A stretch of 64,000 nt of DNA from Alphaproteobacteria bacterium (GCA_015062525.1 SUUM01000004.1:24547-88546); one strand, 5' to 3'; positions 38,542 through 49,985 are shown, numbered from the stretch's first letter. A program made the numbers and translations. The notes: generated by a model not told the origin, from the letters alone.

Positions 38542-39411
38542 TTACTTCAACATCTTAGCAACTTCATCGGCCAGATTGTCTTCGCGTTTTTCAATACCTT
38601 CGCCCAGTACATAGTACGCAAAGCCCGCCAATTTACCACCGGCCTCGCCTACTACTTCTTTGACTGTTTTCGATGGATCCATAACGAATGGCTGTTCTTC
38701 CAGAACCGATTCGCCATAGTATTTCTTGATACGACCTTCGACCATCTTTTCAACGATGTTTTCTGGTTTGCCCGCCGTTGCACCAGATTCGATAAACACT
38801 TTCTTTTCGCGTTCAACCGCAACTGGGTCAACATCCGCAATTGTCATAAATTCTGGTTTATTCGCCGCAATGTGCATTGCGATTTTGTAACCAATTTCAT
38901 CAATTTTTGCGTCATCACCATTGATAGCAACCGCAACACCAATCTGTCCCATACCTGGAACCAGGGCATTGTGAATATACGTAAAGATTTTATCGCCCTG
39001 CACCTTGGCAATACGACGCAGGTTCATATTTTCACCAATTGTTGAAATAGTCGCCGCGATATCATCTTTGACCGCCGCCATTGTTGCATCAAAATCACCC
39101 TTTAATTCCATAGCCTTGTTTGCGACATCCGCAACCAACTTCTGGAACTTGTCATTTTTGGCAACAAAGTCTGTTTCGGCATTCAATTCAACGACACAGC
39201 CCATACCATCGCATTTAACAACGGTCACCAAACCAGATGCTGCAACACGCCCGGCCTTGGATGCCGCTTTGACAATACCCTTCTGACGCAACCAATCGGC
39301 GGCGGCTTCGATATTGCCATCATTTTCGATTAAGGCTTTCTTACAATCCATCATACCCGCAGATGTTTTTTCGCGCAGTTCTTGAATCAATTTTGCTGTA
39401 ATTTCTGCCAT
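38542..39411 (-). CDS. tsf: elongation factor Ts
   Basis: AEITAKLIQELREKTSAGMMDCKKAL N-terminus; 289 aa. Confidence 0.92.
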   Translation of the reverse strand: MAEITAKLIQELREKTSAGMMDCKKALIENDGNIEAAADWLRQKGIVKAASKAGRVAASGLVTVVKCDGMGCVVELNAETDFVAKNDKFQKLVADVANKAMELKGDFDATMAAVKDDIAATISTIGENMNLRRIAKVQGDKIFTYIHNALVPGMGQIGVAVAINGDDAKIDEIGYKIAMHIAANKPEFMTIADVDPVAVEREKKVFIESGATAGKPENIVEKMVEGRIKKYYGESVLEEQPFVMDPSKTVKEVVGEAGGKLAGFAYYVLGEGIEKREDNLADEVAKMLK

Positions 39412-39490
39412 TTTGAATCTCCCATATTTTTTATAAGAATCTTATTGTCGTGGGGGATTTCCCCACGACGATTAAATATCATTCCAGATA

Positions 39491-40351
39491 TTATTTATCG
39501 GCTTTTTCCGTCAATTTACCACGACGTTCTGCACGTGCCTCTGATGTCTTAGATTTCATCTTGGCTTCTTTTTCCTTGATTTCATCTTCTAATTCATCGG
39601 CTGCATCTGCACGCATATCAGATTCGACCTTTTTACCGGCCGCCCCGCCCAAACGTTTTTCGATACCAGACAAAATTGCATCTACGAACAGGTCGCAGTA
39701 CAACTGGGTTGCGCGCGCCGCGTCATCATTCCCTGGGACTGGGTAATCAACCATCTCGGGATTTGCATTTGTATCACAAATCGCGATTGTTGGGATATCC
39801 AAATTTCTAGCTTCGCGAACGGCATTCATTTCACGTGGCACATCAATAACGACCATCGCCTGTGGCGTGCCATGCATATCCAAAATACCACCGAAAATAT
39901 CGCGCAGTTTTTCAACTTCTTTGGTCATAACACCAACTTCTTTTTTGGTTAATCCCAATTTGTCAGCATTTGCGATATCTGCTTCCATTTTCTTCAAACG
40001 ACGAATTGACTGGGAAACCGTTGTCCAGTTTGTCAACATACCGCCCAACCAGCGATTGTTCACATAGTACTGACCGCAACGTTCCGCCGCATCTTTGACA
40101 ATATCTTTTGCCTGATGTTTAGTTGCAACGAACAAAACCTTGCCACCTGCGGCCGCGATTGCTTCTAATGCAACCAAGGAACGATGCAACAAAGGTGCTG
40201 TTTTATTCAGGTTAATGATATGAATTTTATCTTTTACGCCATAAACATATGGTGTCATCAACGGATTCCAGCGACGTGTGTGGTGACCAAAATGAACACC
40301 TGCTTCCATCAACTGTTTCATTGTAAATGTTGGCAATGCCATGATTTTCAT
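39491..40351 (-). CDS. rpsB: 30S ribosomal protein S2
   Basis: MALPTFTMKQLMEAGVHFGHHTRRWNP N-terminus; canonical rpsB-tsf gene order. Confidence 0.95.
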   Translation of the reverse strand: MKIMALPTFTMKQLMEAGVHFGHHTRRWNPLMTPYVYGVKDKIHIINLNKTAPLLHRSLVALEAIAAAGGKVLFVATKHQAKDIVKDAAERCGQYYVNNRWLGGMLTNWTTVSQSIRRLKKMEADIANADKLGLTKKEVGVMTKEVEKLRDIFGGILDMHGTPQAMVVIDVPREMNAVREARNLDIPTIAICDTNANPEMVDYPVPGNDDAARATQLYCDLFVDAILSGIEKRLGGAAGKKVESDMRADAADELEDEIKEKEAKMKSKTSEARAERRGKLTEKADK

Positions 40352-40609
40352 CCTTTTTTGTGTTATTATCCTCGCCGTCTGTGGAAACCCAAATTATTCA
40401 TTTGGACACAAATATAACAGAACGGCTGTGTTCTTCGCACAAGGTGCGTGCCCAGATAATACACAAACGCCTGCAAAAAATCAAGTAAAAATATAAAAAA
40501 ATAACCTGATTTACCCGAACAAGAAAAACACCGTTTAATATTGACAAACAAAACCTTTGTACTATATTAATAGTGTGTGGCGTGTGTCCACCCAGGAAAA
40601 AGGAAAGAA

Positions 40610-42454
40610 ATGACAAAGTACAGAATAATTTTGACCGCTGTTTTGTCTGGCACATTGTGTTGTGCGCCGGTGTTGGCCGCAAACAATTGCGACAACCAAA
40701 TATATCGTCGTTATAATCCCGACAAATGCGCAACGGAATTAAGTGATTCTGGTTTTTCATTTGGGACAACCGCCACCATAGCATCAGGCACCGTCGCATT
40801 AATCGGTGGTGCAATCGCATTACTGGGCGGCCCATCCGATGACAATTCTTCATCATCCGCCGTACACCCAACATTACCAACATATACTATGGTTGGTGGC
40901 GACGTAGATTACGTACATTTATCATCGATACTGAACAACACTGATTACACAAGCAACGCAAACCAATATAATGATATCCGCGCGGCATATTCCCTGGCGC
41001 GTGGTTATACCGGCAAAAATTCGTATATCGCCGTCTTTGATTCCAGCAGCGCAACATCACACGGCGCAAACGTAGCGGCCCTGGCCGGTGGAACAATTGC
41101 CCCAGATGCAGATGTAAATATTTATACAGTTGCCCGTTCCCAATATGACTTTGATTCATTTTATGATATCGGCAATACAATCCGGAACGCGACCACAGAC
41201 GGTGCAGATATTTACAATTTCAGTTGGTCAGCCGACATGTTCGCAAACCAAATTCGTTCACGTTATCACATGGAACAATTAACTGACAAAAACTTTATCA
41301 ATTCTTTGACAAATGCAGCCTCAACAAACGATGCTATTTTTGTCTGGGCGGCGGGCAACGATTCTAATTCCCAGTCCAGCGCATTATCTGCCATGCCATT
41401 ACACATCCCAGAATTAAATGGACATTTCATAAATGTGGTTGCCTGGGACAGTGCGACCGGCGAACTGGCATATTACAGCAACCAGTGTGGCATTACAAAA
41501 AACTATTGTATTACCGCCCCAGGCAGCAATATTAACGCCCCCGCCACCAACGAAATAATTGATGGCACCAGTTTTGCGGCCCCAATCGTTTCCGCCGCCA
41601 TCGCAGTAATCCGCGAAGCATTCCCATACATGCGGGCAAACCAAATCACAGCCCTGCTGTTTGAAACGGCGCGTGACATCGGCGAAGTTGGCGTTGACAC
41701 GGTTTATGGACATGGCATGCTGGACCTTGAACGCGCGACACGTCCCGTGGGTGCCGAACTTGTCCCATTATCAGACGGCATGACCGTTGCCCTGCGCACC
41801 GCACACATGACGGGCGGTATCGCACACAACGTAAAATCAGAAAATATTAAATTTGCGTTTGTTGACAGCTATGGTCGCGCATTTGACGCAAACCTGAATG
41901 ATAATATCAGCATAAAAAACCGCGGCATTGGATTTGAACGCCTGCGCGATAATAATGAAACACGCATGCAATTTGGAAACATAGAATTTGGCTTCAAAAA
42001 CACAGAATTGTTAAAAGGCGACGGATTTTTATCAACCGATTCCCAGAACACAATTACATTCATTGGTCTGAACAGCACCATACAAATGGGTCATGCAACA
42101 TTATTCAGCCGCACAACCATTGGCACCATGCACCCGACCGCATCTGCCGAATCGATGATAAACGGATTTTCAGAAATCATGACGGGATCTATTACCCTGG
42201 GTACAACAATGGGCGATTGGACATTTACAATTGGCACAACAGATACAATTATTGACGGCAACATGTACCTGCGCATACCAACCGGACGCCGTGTTAATGG
42301 CGAATACACATTTGCAAACCACACAATCGATATGGCAACCCGTCCACCTGTCGAAATATCAGCATCATATAAATTCATGACCGCAGGCTTCGTAGATAAT
42401 CCATTCGGAACTGATGAAGTCTATGTACTTGCAAAAACCAAATTACAATTTTAG
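40610..42454 (+). CDS. subtilisin-like (S8) serine protease, probably with an autotransporter or OM-anchoring C-terminal domain
   Basis: Catalytic triad motifs ([29 protein letters not shown]); signal peptide; C-terminal region ends KLQF. Confidence 0.65.
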   Translation: MTKYRIILTAVLSGTLCCAPVLAANNCDNQIYRRYNPDKCATELSDSGFSFGTTATIASGTVALIGGAIALLGGPSDDNSSSSAVHPTLPTYTMVGGDVDYVHLSSILNNTDYTSNANQYNDIRAAYSLARGYTGKNSYIAVFDSSSATSHGANVAALAGGTIAPDADVNIYTVARSQYDFDSFYDIGNTIRNATTDGADIYNFSWSADMFANQIRSRYHMEQLTDKNFINSLTNAASTNDAIFVWAAGNDSNSQSSALSAMPLHIPELNGHFINVVAWDSATGELAYYSNQCGITKNYCITAPGSNINAPATNEIIDGTSFAAPIVSAAIAVIREAFPYMRANQITALLFETARDIGEVGVDTVYGHGMLDLERATRPVGAELVPLSDGMTVALRTAHMTGGIAHNVKSENIKFAFVDSYGRAFDANLNDNISIKNRGIGFERLRDNNETRMQFGNIEFGFKNTELLKGDGFLSTDSQNTITFIGLNSTIQMGHATLFSRTTIGTMHPTASAESMINGFSEIMTGSITLGTTMGDWTFTIGTTDTIIDGNMYLRIPTGRRVNGEYTFANHTIDMATRPPVEISASYKFMTAGFVDNPFGTDEVYVLAKTKLQF

Positions 42455-42540
42455 TACCAGCCAGACCGAAAAAACACTTGCTTTTTAGGGTCATAATTGC
42501 TCAAATCGTACTATATAAGCAAAAACTAAAAGGAAGCGTT

Positions 42541-42999
42541 ATGGCAGGAAGCATTAATAAAGTAATATTGGTCGGAAACATCGGTCAAGAACCTCAGGTT
42601 CGCACCATGGGCAGCGGTCAAAAGGTGGTCAGTTTTTCCCTTGCGACATCTGATCGTTGGCGCGACCGCACAACCGGCGAACAAAAGGAACAAACCGAAT
42701 GGCATCGCGTTGTAATCTTTAATCCCAACCTGGTCGAGGTTGCCGAACGCATGCTACAAAAGGGAACAAAATTGTATTTAGAAGGTTCCCTGCGCACCCG
42801 CAAATGGCAAAACCAGTCCGGCGCAGATGTTTATACAACCGAAGTCGTCTTGAATCCATTTAGTGGACAAATGGTAATCCTGGGTGGCGCAAAATCAATG
42901 GATGGCATGGGTTCTGAATACTCGGCACCCGCGGCACCGGCATCCACCCCACGCGAAGAAATTTCCGTCGCCGACATCGGGGACGATATTCCGTTCTAA
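42541..42999 (+). CDS. ssb: single-stranded DNA-binding protein
   Basis: OB-fold N-terminus ([14 protein letters not shown]...RWRDR...TEWHRVV.F) and acidic C-terminal tail DIPF. Confidence 0.9.
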   Translation: MAGSINKVILVGNIGQEPQVRTMGSGQKVVSFSLATSDRWRDRTTGEQKEQTEWHRVVIFNPNLVEVAERMLQKGTKLYLEGSLRTRKWQNQSGADVYTTEVVLNPFSGQMVILGGAKSMDGMGSEYSAPAAPASTPREEISVADIGDDIPF

Positions 43000-43023
43000 A
43001 AAATCCCGCGCTTGCGGGATTTT

Positions 43024-43944
43024 TTATTTCTGTATTGCACATGCATAATCCGAAACCAATTTTTGATGAATATCTTCCTGAATTTGGGCAAATGATTTAT
43101 ATCCACCTTTATCGGTCTTGAAAGGCACCCGCCCAACCGCTTCCAGATAACTACCATTAATCCCAACCGTACCATCAGGGTAAAAACAATATACCAATCG
43201 CCCACGCGCACCACAAATTGGTGGCACAACGATATCGGTCAACTTTTGCACCACCGGCACCGCCCTTACATCAACAAATTTCCCCACACACGATTCGACC
43301 CACACACCATTTATCGTATATCTAGCCGCCCATATACCTGACATTTTTTCAAAATTTTCTATATTCAGTTTTGGATTATTCAAAACACGAGAATCCAGTA
43401 ATGGCACAGAATCTGCAACTGTAGCCGTTATTAAATTCACCCTGTTGCGCAATTTCTTGTCGTTTGTAATCAAATCAGCAATTTTCACAAACCAATCCGC
43501 CGATTGGACGGGGTGCAATTTATCATCCACAGACACCGCCATACTTAAGTCACGCCCCGGATTTAAATTGCGCAGCATATTAACAACTGATTTCTGCTTT
43601 TGCGCATCCGCAACCCATGCACCATTTGTCTTTAACTGCAATTCCATTCCGCGCCCCAAAACCATATTGACACACGATTCGACATACTTAATCGGCGCGG
43701 TAAATATTTCGCCACCCGAAAACACAACACAATTGATAAATGTTGGAACCTTGGCAAATTCATCCGAATAAAATCTTATATCCGCATACGGCAATACGTC
43801 CCGGGGCGCATTTGGCGACGAACGCATATAACACCCACGACACCGCAAATTACAATACTGGGTTAAATAAAACACTACCTCAATCTCGTAATTTTTCGTA
43901 TCATATATAATATCAGATATATGCTTGGAATAAGAATCTACCAT
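43024..43944 (-). CDS. radical SAM protein (function unknown)
   Basis: CNLRCRGC (CxxxCxxC) cluster near the N-terminus; 306 aa. Confidence 0.6.
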   Translation of the reverse strand: MVDSYSKHISDIIYDTKNYEIEVVFYLTQYCNLRCRGCYMRSSPNAPRDVLPYADIRFYSDEFAKVPTFINCVVFSGGEIFTAPIKYVESCVNMVLGRGMELQLKTNGAWVADAQKQKSVVNMLRNLNPGRDLSMAVSVDDKLHPVQSADWFVKIADLITNDKKLRNRVNLITATVADSVPLLDSRVLNNPKLNIENFEKMSGIWAARYTINGVWVESCVGKFVDVRAVPVVQKLTDIVVPPICGARGRLVYCFYPDGTVGINGSYLEAVGRVPFKTDKGGYKSFAQIQEDIHQKLVSDYACAIQK

Positions 43945-44234
43945 CTAAGTTTTTCCAATTCCTGCTTTGACTTAATCAACCTTTGAATATTATCATGACA
44001 GTCCCTGGCGCACCGAACATGTGCCTGCCCCAGACACAGATTCAATGCCCCAATCAATGAATTCACAATCGCCATATCATAATTTTCATGAACCGCCGTC
44101 GCAATGGCTGCCAATATACACGAAGCACCAATCGCGACACCACCATAACCAACAACCTTGGACATTTTTGCCCTGTCCTGTAATTTTTTTATCATTTCTT
44201 CTGTTGATTTAATCAGTTCTTGTTTTGGTGTCAT
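43938..44234 (-). CDS. small hypothetical membrane protein, translationally coupled to the radical SAM gene
   Basis: AAAGGTAGG RBS; one predicted TM helix; stop overlaps the downstream start. Confidence 0.4.
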   Translation of the reverse strand: MTPKQELIKSTEEMIKKLQDRAKMSKVVGYGGVAIGASCILAAIATAVHENYDMAIVNSLIGALNLCLGQAHVRCARDCHDNIQRLIKSKQELEKLRW

Positions 44235-44405
44235 TATACCTACCTTTGATTTTGATTATTATCTATTTTCTTTTTGGCTTTATATTACAACTATTGTTAT
44301 GATTAAAAGGATAAGCACTCATACCCAATACATTAACCCTAAATCCATATTTCGTCAACAAAAAAGTATTTTATTTCTGGCGCAAATCTTGCTATTGTTG
44401 CAATC

Positions 44406-45032
44406 ATGACAAAGCAAACACCTGACTTTTCGTTGGAAATTACGTGCGGTGCAAAATTGGTTGCCGGCGTGGACGAAGCGGGCCGTGGCCCCCTGTGCGG
44501 TCCCGTTGTTGCGGCGGCGGTGATATTTCCCCGCCACGATATTGAAATTCCGGTAATAATCCGCGATTCTAAACAAATGACACCAACCCAGCGCGCATGC
44601 GCATACGATTGGATAACCCAGAACACACTCTGGGCGGTTGCCGAATGCAGTCCCGCCGAAATTGATGAATTAAATATATTATGGGCATCCATGACCGCCA
44701 TGAAGCGCGCGATTGAAAAACTGGCGCAAAAACCTGACCATTGCCTTGTTGACGGGAACAGATTGCCGCACGATTTAAACGGCACCGCCGTCGTTCGTGG
44801 TGACGCAAAATCATTATCAATCGCCGCCGCATCCATTATTGCCAAGGAAACCCGCGACCGCATCATGCATGATTTATCGCAACAATTCCCCCAATACGGC
44901 TGGGATAAAAACGCGGGCTATCCCACAAAATCACATTTGCGCGCCCTTGACCAATATGGTATAAATGAACATTATCGAAAAAGTTTTGGCCCGATTAAGG
45001 AAAGGATAAAAAATGAAACTTCGCACAATTGA
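44406..45032 (+). CDS. rnhB: ribonuclease HII
   Basis: VAGVDEAGRGPL active-site motif; 208 aa. Confidence 0.9.
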   Translation: MTKQTPDFSLEITCGAKLVAGVDEAGRGPLCGPVVAAAVIFPRHDIEIPVIIRDSKQMTPTQRACAYDWITQNTLWAVAECSPAEIDELNILWASMTAMKRAIEKLAQKPDHCLVDGNRLPHDLNGTAVVRGDAKSLSIAAASIIAKETRDRIMHDLSQQFPQYGWDKNAGYPTKSHLRALDQYGINEHYRKSFGPIKERIKNETSHN

Positions 45033-46182
45033 AAATCTGGATTTACGCGGAAAATATGTATTACTGCGCGACGATTTTAACGTCCAAATTGTTGACGGCA
45101 CAATTACCGAACCATTCAGAATTGATGAAAGTATGCCAACCATCAACGCCCTGCGTACGGCCGGCGCGCGCGTCGCGATTGTTGCCCACCGTGGCCGCCC
45201 ACGGGGGGTGCGTAATATGGAATACACCCTGAAACCCATCGCAGATTATATGGGAATAAAACTAATCCCCGATTGCCTGGACAAATCATTTATGACCGAA
45301 ATGCACGACGGCGACGTGGTATTACTGGAAAATGTTCGATTTTATGCAGGCGAAGAATCAAATGACCCCGCATTTTCCGCGGACCTGGCGCGCGGATTTG
45401 ATATATTTGTAAATGATGCATTTGCGGTGTCCCACCGCGCCCATGCCAGTACCGTTGGTGTGGCGGAAATCCTGCCATCATATGCGGGAAAATTGCTGGC
45501 GTCTGAAATTGAACACCTGACCGCGGTTATGGAAAATCCGGCGCGTCCCCTGCTATCTATCGTCGCAGGCAGCAAGGTTTCCACAAAAATCGGCGTATTA
45601 AAGGCCCTGGCCAAACTGTCCGATACACTGATAATCGGTGGCGCATTGGGTACAACGTTCAACTATGCAACGGGCGGCCGCGTTGGCAATTCGCTGTACG
45701 AAGCTGACCAGCGCAACACCGCCCTGGAAATTTTGGAATACGCAAAACAAAACAACTGTCGCGTGCTTTTGCCATTGGACAAAGGCGTTGCTAAAACATT
45801 TGAACGTGATGCCACGCGCACAAACAAAGACTTCACCGAAATCGAAGACGACGATGTAATTATCGACGCGGGAATCAAAACCACCGAACGCGACGTTGCG
45901 GCAATCCGTGATGCAAAAACGGTTATCTGGAACGGCACGGTTGGCATGGCGGAATGGGCACCAACATGGTCGTATGGGTCATTTGCAGTGGCACGTGCGA
46001 TTGCCGAACAAACCCGCGCCGGCAAATTAACCAGCATTGTTGGCGGTGGTGACACGGTCGCGGCCCTGTCTGCATGCGGGGTAAAAGGCGACATAACCTA
46101 TGTATCCACCGGTGGCGGCGCATTTCTGGAATTTATCGAAGGGCGCACCCTGCCCGGCATTGCAATATTGGAAAACAAATAA
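45013..46182 (+). CDS. pgk: phosphoglycerate kinase
   Basis: 389 aa with conserved PGK motifs (RVDFNVP-like N-terminus, GGGA...G C-terminal hinge). Confidence 0.9.
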   Translation: MKLRTIENLDLRGKYVLLRDDFNVQIVDGTITEPFRIDESMPTINALRTAGARVAIVAHRGRPRGVRNMEYTLKPIADYMGIKLIPDCLDKSFMTEMHDGDVVLLENVRFYAGEESNDPAFSADLARGFDIFVNDAFAVSHRAHASTVGVAEILPSYAGKLLASEIEHLTAVMENPARPLLSIVAGSKVSTKIGVLKALAKLSDTLIIGGALGTTFNYATGGRVGNSLYEADQRNTALEILEYAKQNNCRVLLPLDKGVAKTFERDATRTNKDFTEIEDDDVIIDAGIKTTERDVAAIRDAKTVIWNGTVGMAEWAPTWSYGSFAVARAIAEQTRAGKLTSIVGGGDTVAALSACGVKGDITYVSTGGGAFLEFIEGRTLPGIAILENK

Positions 46183-46208
46183 CAAAAAACCGCCAAATGG
46201 CGGTCTTT

Positions 46209-47468
46209 TTATTTACGATGCTTGGCCTTGTACGCCAAAACGTATGGCACAAATTTGTCGGCATATTTATCACCCAACCACGCCCGCGGGATTAAGATTG
46301 AATTTCCCATGCCTGCGGCCATCTTTTCAACCGTTTCGCCATTTTTGGCATTAATTAATTCGGTCAATTTAACAGTCACAGAATCCATTGTCCCGGGCAA
46401 AATAAATGTAATTTCATCGCCCATGCGCGTTTCATTACGCAATTCAAATGTTATATTTTTATCATCCACCGCTGTAATCACACCCGCCGCATGATAATCG
46501 GATGTACTGCGCGTTGTTTCATAGTTATGCGCCGACGGTGGCACCGGCCCATCAAAGAACGCCGTCGTGTACCCACGCGTTTCCAGGCGATTCAATGCAT
46601 CCATAAACGGCGCGGGGTCAAAATTATCTGGATTCTCCGCATACGCGTCCAATGCGCAACGATACGCATTTACAACCGAACCAACATAGTATTCGGACCG
46701 ATTGCGCCCTTCGATTTTCAGGCTATCCGGTCCCGCCGCCACAACATCCGCCAACCGTGGCATTAAACACAGGTCTTTGGAATTCATAATATATGCGCCA
46801 CGTTCGTCTTCATCAATTGACATTTCGACGCCTGTTTCCACCTCGCGCAAAATCACATCATACTTCCACCGGCACAGTTGCGCGCACGCACCACGGTTTG
46901 CCGGCCGCCCAGTAATAAAGTTAGACAACAAACACCGCCCCGAATACGACATGCACATCGCCCCGTGAACAAAGATTTCCAATCCCACATCCGGACATTC
47001 TGCGCGAATATTTTTAAATTCGCTGTGCGACACCTCGCGCGCCAACACACACAATTTCGCGCCCGCGTTTTGCCAGAATTTGACTGTTTTCGCCGAACAA
47101 ATATTTGCCTGGGTTGAAATATGTATCGGCATATCTGGGAAATTTTCACGCACCCACATAACGATACCTGGGTCAGACACAATCAGCGCATCTGGTTTCA
47201 GATACCGAATAATTTCCGCCACACGCGGCATATTTGCATATTCGTGATCATGCGCAAACAGGTTGAACGCCAAATAAACCCTTTTTCCCGCCGCATGCGC
47301 CAATTCTATACCTTGGCGAACGCCTTCTACATCAATTTTCGCGCGTGCCCGCATTGAAAACCCGGGCAGTCCCGCATAAATAGCATCTGCGCCATATAAA
47401 ATGGCGGTACGAAAGGCATCCAACGTCCCCGCCGGCGCCAATAATTCTGGTAATTTTATGTTTTTCAT
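46209..47468 (-). CDS. peptidase U32 family protein (RlhA/TrhP/UbiU-like)
   Basis: N-terminal LELLAPAG...AI..GADAIY TIM-barrel signature of the U32 family; start at MKNIKLPELLAPAG. Confidence 0.75.
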   Translation of the reverse strand: MKNIKLPELLAPAGTLDAFRTAILYGADAIYAGLPGFSMRARAKIDVEGVRQGIELAHAAGKRVYLAFNLFAHDHEYANMPRVAEIIRYLKPDALIVSDPGIVMWVRENFPDMPIHISTQANICSAKTVKFWQNAGAKLCVLAREVSHSEFKNIRAECPDVGLEIFVHGAMCMSYSGRCLLSNFITGRPANRGACAQLCRWKYDVILREVETGVEMSIDEDERGAYIMNSKDLCLMPRLADVVAAGPDSLKIEGRNRSEYYVGSVVNAYRCALDAYAENPDNFDPAPFMDALNRLETRGYTTAFFDGPVPPSAHNYETTRSTSDYHAAGVITAVDDKNITFELRNETRMGDEITFILPGTMDSVTVKLTELINAKNGETVEKMAAGMGNSILIPRAWLGDKYADKFVPYVLAYKAKHRK

Positions 47469-47603
47469 ACCCCCTATTCTGCCCCAAATAAATATAAAGG
47501 CAAGAAATTTATACATCACATATTTTATCTCGCCTTCATTCAACTTTTTATTGCTAAACGCATTAATTTTGCTATGCTTCGGCGCAAATCAAAAGGATTA
47601 TAT

Positions 47604-48938
47604 ATGTACATACTTGCGTTAAATTGTGGTTCTTCATCATTAAAATATCAGGTTTTTGATGCCAACACAAAAACACCAATAATCAGTGGCAATGTTGAAA
47701 AAATCGGTTCTGCGGATTCCTTTATAACTCAAAAAATACCCGAGGGCACGAAACACACAAAAGAAATCCCCATGAAAAATCATGAAAAAGCATTGGGTGT
47801 TGTGTTGGCTATGCTTGAACATGATTCTATTGATTTGACTAAAATCAATGGTGTTGGACATCGCGTTGTAATGGGTGGCGATAAATTTGCCTCATCAATA
47901 AAAATCAATGACGACGTCATCAGGACCATTAATAAATTATCACCATTGGCACCATTACACAACCCACCTGCCCTGTGTGGCATCATAACCGCGAAACAGT
48001 TATTACCAAACGCGACCCAAATTGCGGTATTTGACACCGCGTTCCACCAAACAATGCCAGACTATGCATACCGTTATGCCGTGCCATCTGCATGGCACCG
48101 TGAACTGGGCGTACGTCGCTATGGTTTTCACGGCACATCACACATGTATGTTTCTAAACGCGCTGCATCAATGCTTAACAAACCCGCAAACGAATGTAAT
48201 CTCATCACAATGCACATAGGTTCTGGCGCATCTGCAACAGCAATCAAAAATGGTGTATCGGTGGACACATCATTGGGCATGACCCCACTGTCCGGTTTGA
48301 CAATGGGCACACGTCCGGGCGACCTGGACCCAGGTGTAATATTATACGTCATGGAACAGCTAAAATTAACACCATCCCAAATGCAAACACACCTAAACAA
48401 AAGTTCTGGTCTTCGGGGTATCACAGAACAATTTGCCGACCGTCGCGATATCGAAGACAACCGCTTCACCAACGATAAATGTCGTCTGGCAATGGATATC
48501 GAGATACACAATGTCAAGAAATACATTGGTGCCTATATGGCGGAATTGGGCCGCACAGATGCGCTGGTATTTACGGCGGGCGTTGGTGAAAATGATGACT
48601 TATTGCGCGATAAATTCTGCCGTGGGATGGAACACATGGGCATAAAAATGGACTTTAACAAAAACAAGGGCTTATTGGCGCGCAACGGCGCTGGTGAATC
48701 TGTGCTCAGCACCCCAGACAGCCCCGTTAAAATCTTTATGATACCAACGAATGAAGAATTGGTAATTGTCGAAGATACCTTGGCAATCATGAATGGAACA
48801 TACAATCCCAATCATTTGGAAATGGATTACAGTTTCGCGCCAAAACCATCGGCCTATGCAACTGCCCAGTCCACATTCAAGAATGCACAACGATTGCAAC
48901 AACAGACACAAAAAACAGCAGCACAACACACAAAGTAA
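47604..48938 (+). CDS. ackA: acetate kinase
   Basis: ILALNCGSSSLKYQVFD N-terminus plus VGHRVVMGG and FHGTSH motifs. Confidence 0.9.
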   Translation: MYILALNCGSSSLKYQVFDANTKTPIISGNVEKIGSADSFITQKIPEGTKHTKEIPMKNHEKALGVVLAMLEHDSIDLTKINGVGHRVVMGGDKFASSIKINDDVIRTINKLSPLAPLHNPPALCGIITAKQLLPNATQIAVFDTAFHQTMPDYAYRYAVPSAWHRELGVRRYGFHGTSHMYVSKRAASMLNKPANECNLITMHIGSGASATAIKNGVSVDTSLGMTPLSGLTMGTRPGDLDPGVILYVMEQLKLTPSQMQTHLNKSSGLRGITEQFADRRDIEDNRFTNDKCRLAMDIEIHNVKKYIGAYMAELGRTDALVFTAGVGENDDLLRDKFCRGMEHMGIKMDFNKNKGLLARNGAGESVLSTPDSPVKIFMIPTNEELVIVEDTLAIMNGTYNPNHLEMDYSFAPKPSAYATAQSTFKNAQRLQQQTQKTAAQHTK

Positions 48939-48966
48939 AAAAATCCCCAACTGCGGATTTTTTACT

Positions 48967-48994
48967 TGCGTTGCGAGTTCATATATGTATAATT
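48967..48994 (+). promoter_or_regulatory. sigma70-like promoter for tRNA-Thr (TTGCGT-N16-TATAAT)
   Basis: -35/-10 hexamers with 16-bp spacing, ending ~10 bp before the tRNA 5' end. Confidence 0.5.
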
Positions 48995-49004
48995 GTTTGG
49001 CATT

Positions 49005-49080
49005 GCCGGTTTAGCTCAGCTGGTAGAGCGGCTGATTTGTAATCAGTAGGTCGTTGGTTCAAGTCCGACAACCGGCACCA
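49005..49080 (+). tRNA. tRNA-Thr (anticodon TGT)
   Basis: 76 nt; acceptor GCCGGTT/AACCGGC; loop TTTGTAA; T-loop TTCAAGT; encoded CCA. Confidence 0.8.
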
Positions 49081-49290
49081 GAATTAAAACGTACCATTTG
49101 GTGCGTTTTTTCGTTGGGTTTCCCTGCCTTTTTGATTTTTGTGTTGGGTGGCGAACTTGCGCGGGGCTGGCTATTTTTATTTTATTCGGGGCATGTAATT
49201 CCAACCCATTTCCGCCCCATGCCCCCAAACCACCAAAAACTGTGATGCAACAATAAAAAAAGGCGCCAGTCTGACGCCTTGCTGTATCAA
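49081..49290. repeat. modular ~300-bp repeat, copy R1 (tRNA-Thr-adjacent, terminator-exit variant)
   Basis: Shares the gcgttttttcgtt...attttattcggggc...ctgtgatgcaacaataaaaa core with R2, R3 and R5; ends in a hairpin terminator for the minus-strand gene. Confidence 0.8.
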
Positions 49291-49296
49291 AAAAAT

Positions 49297-49587
49297 TTAC
49301 TCACCATAAACCATCACACAACTTTCAACAAAGAATGGATACAATCCTTCGTTTCTTTCTTCTATGTAGTAAATTTTGCTTATATCAGCATCTAGTGCCG
49401 CCTTCAAAATACTTTTCTCATATTCTATTGGCAATACAAATAAAGCAATTGCGTTACAGGCTTTTCCAACCTTTAATTCTTCAATTTTTGAAAAATCAGT
49501 TTTATTCAAGTCTATTTGGTTTATATATGGCGCATTTACACAAGCAGATAAAAACAACACCGCAAGCAAACAAAATAATTTTTTCAT
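49297..49587 (-). CDS. small lipoprotein (unknown function)
   Basis: Lipobox LSACV; 96 aa; GGAGAAACAT RBS. Confidence 0.5.
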   Translation of the reverse strand: MKKLFCLLAVLFLSACVNAPYINQIDLNKTDFSKIEELKVGKACNAIALFVLPIEYEKSILKAALDADISKIYYIEERNEGLYPFFVESCVMVYGE

Positions 49588-49683
49588 ATGTTTCTCCTTT
49601 TTACTTACATAAAACTAACAGAATATTTTCATAAAATCAATCTTCAATAAGACATGTACAAGCTGAATAATACTTGTTAAAAC

Positions 49684-49985
49684 GCTATGTGAGGCGATGT
49701 GTGATGCAGGCGGACCAAATCAACTGGCCGACCACTATTGGAAATCTTGGACTTTGGACTCGCCTTGGCATCCCGACAAAGGCTACCCGTTTAAAAACGC
49801 ACCAAACGGTGCGTTTTTTGTTTAGATTTCCCTGCCCTGTTGGATTTTGTGTCGGGTGGCGAACTTGCGTGGGGCGGGCTATTTTTATTTTATTCGGGGC
49901 GTGCAATTCCAACCCAATCCCGCCCCATGCGCTAAAAATACAAAAAACTGTGATGCAAAGTGTGATGCATTGTGGTATAGTTAAC
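49684..49985. repeat. modular repeat copy R2 (promoter-exit variant, TGgTATAGT extended -10 at 49973..49981)
   Basis: Contains the gctatgtgaggcgatgtgtgatgcaggc head, a tRNA-Thr 3'-end-like stretch (CGCCTTGGCATCCCGACAAAGGCTACC), terminator AAAAACGCACCAAACGGTGCGTTTTTT, and TGTGATGCA direct repeats before the -10. Confidence 0.85.
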
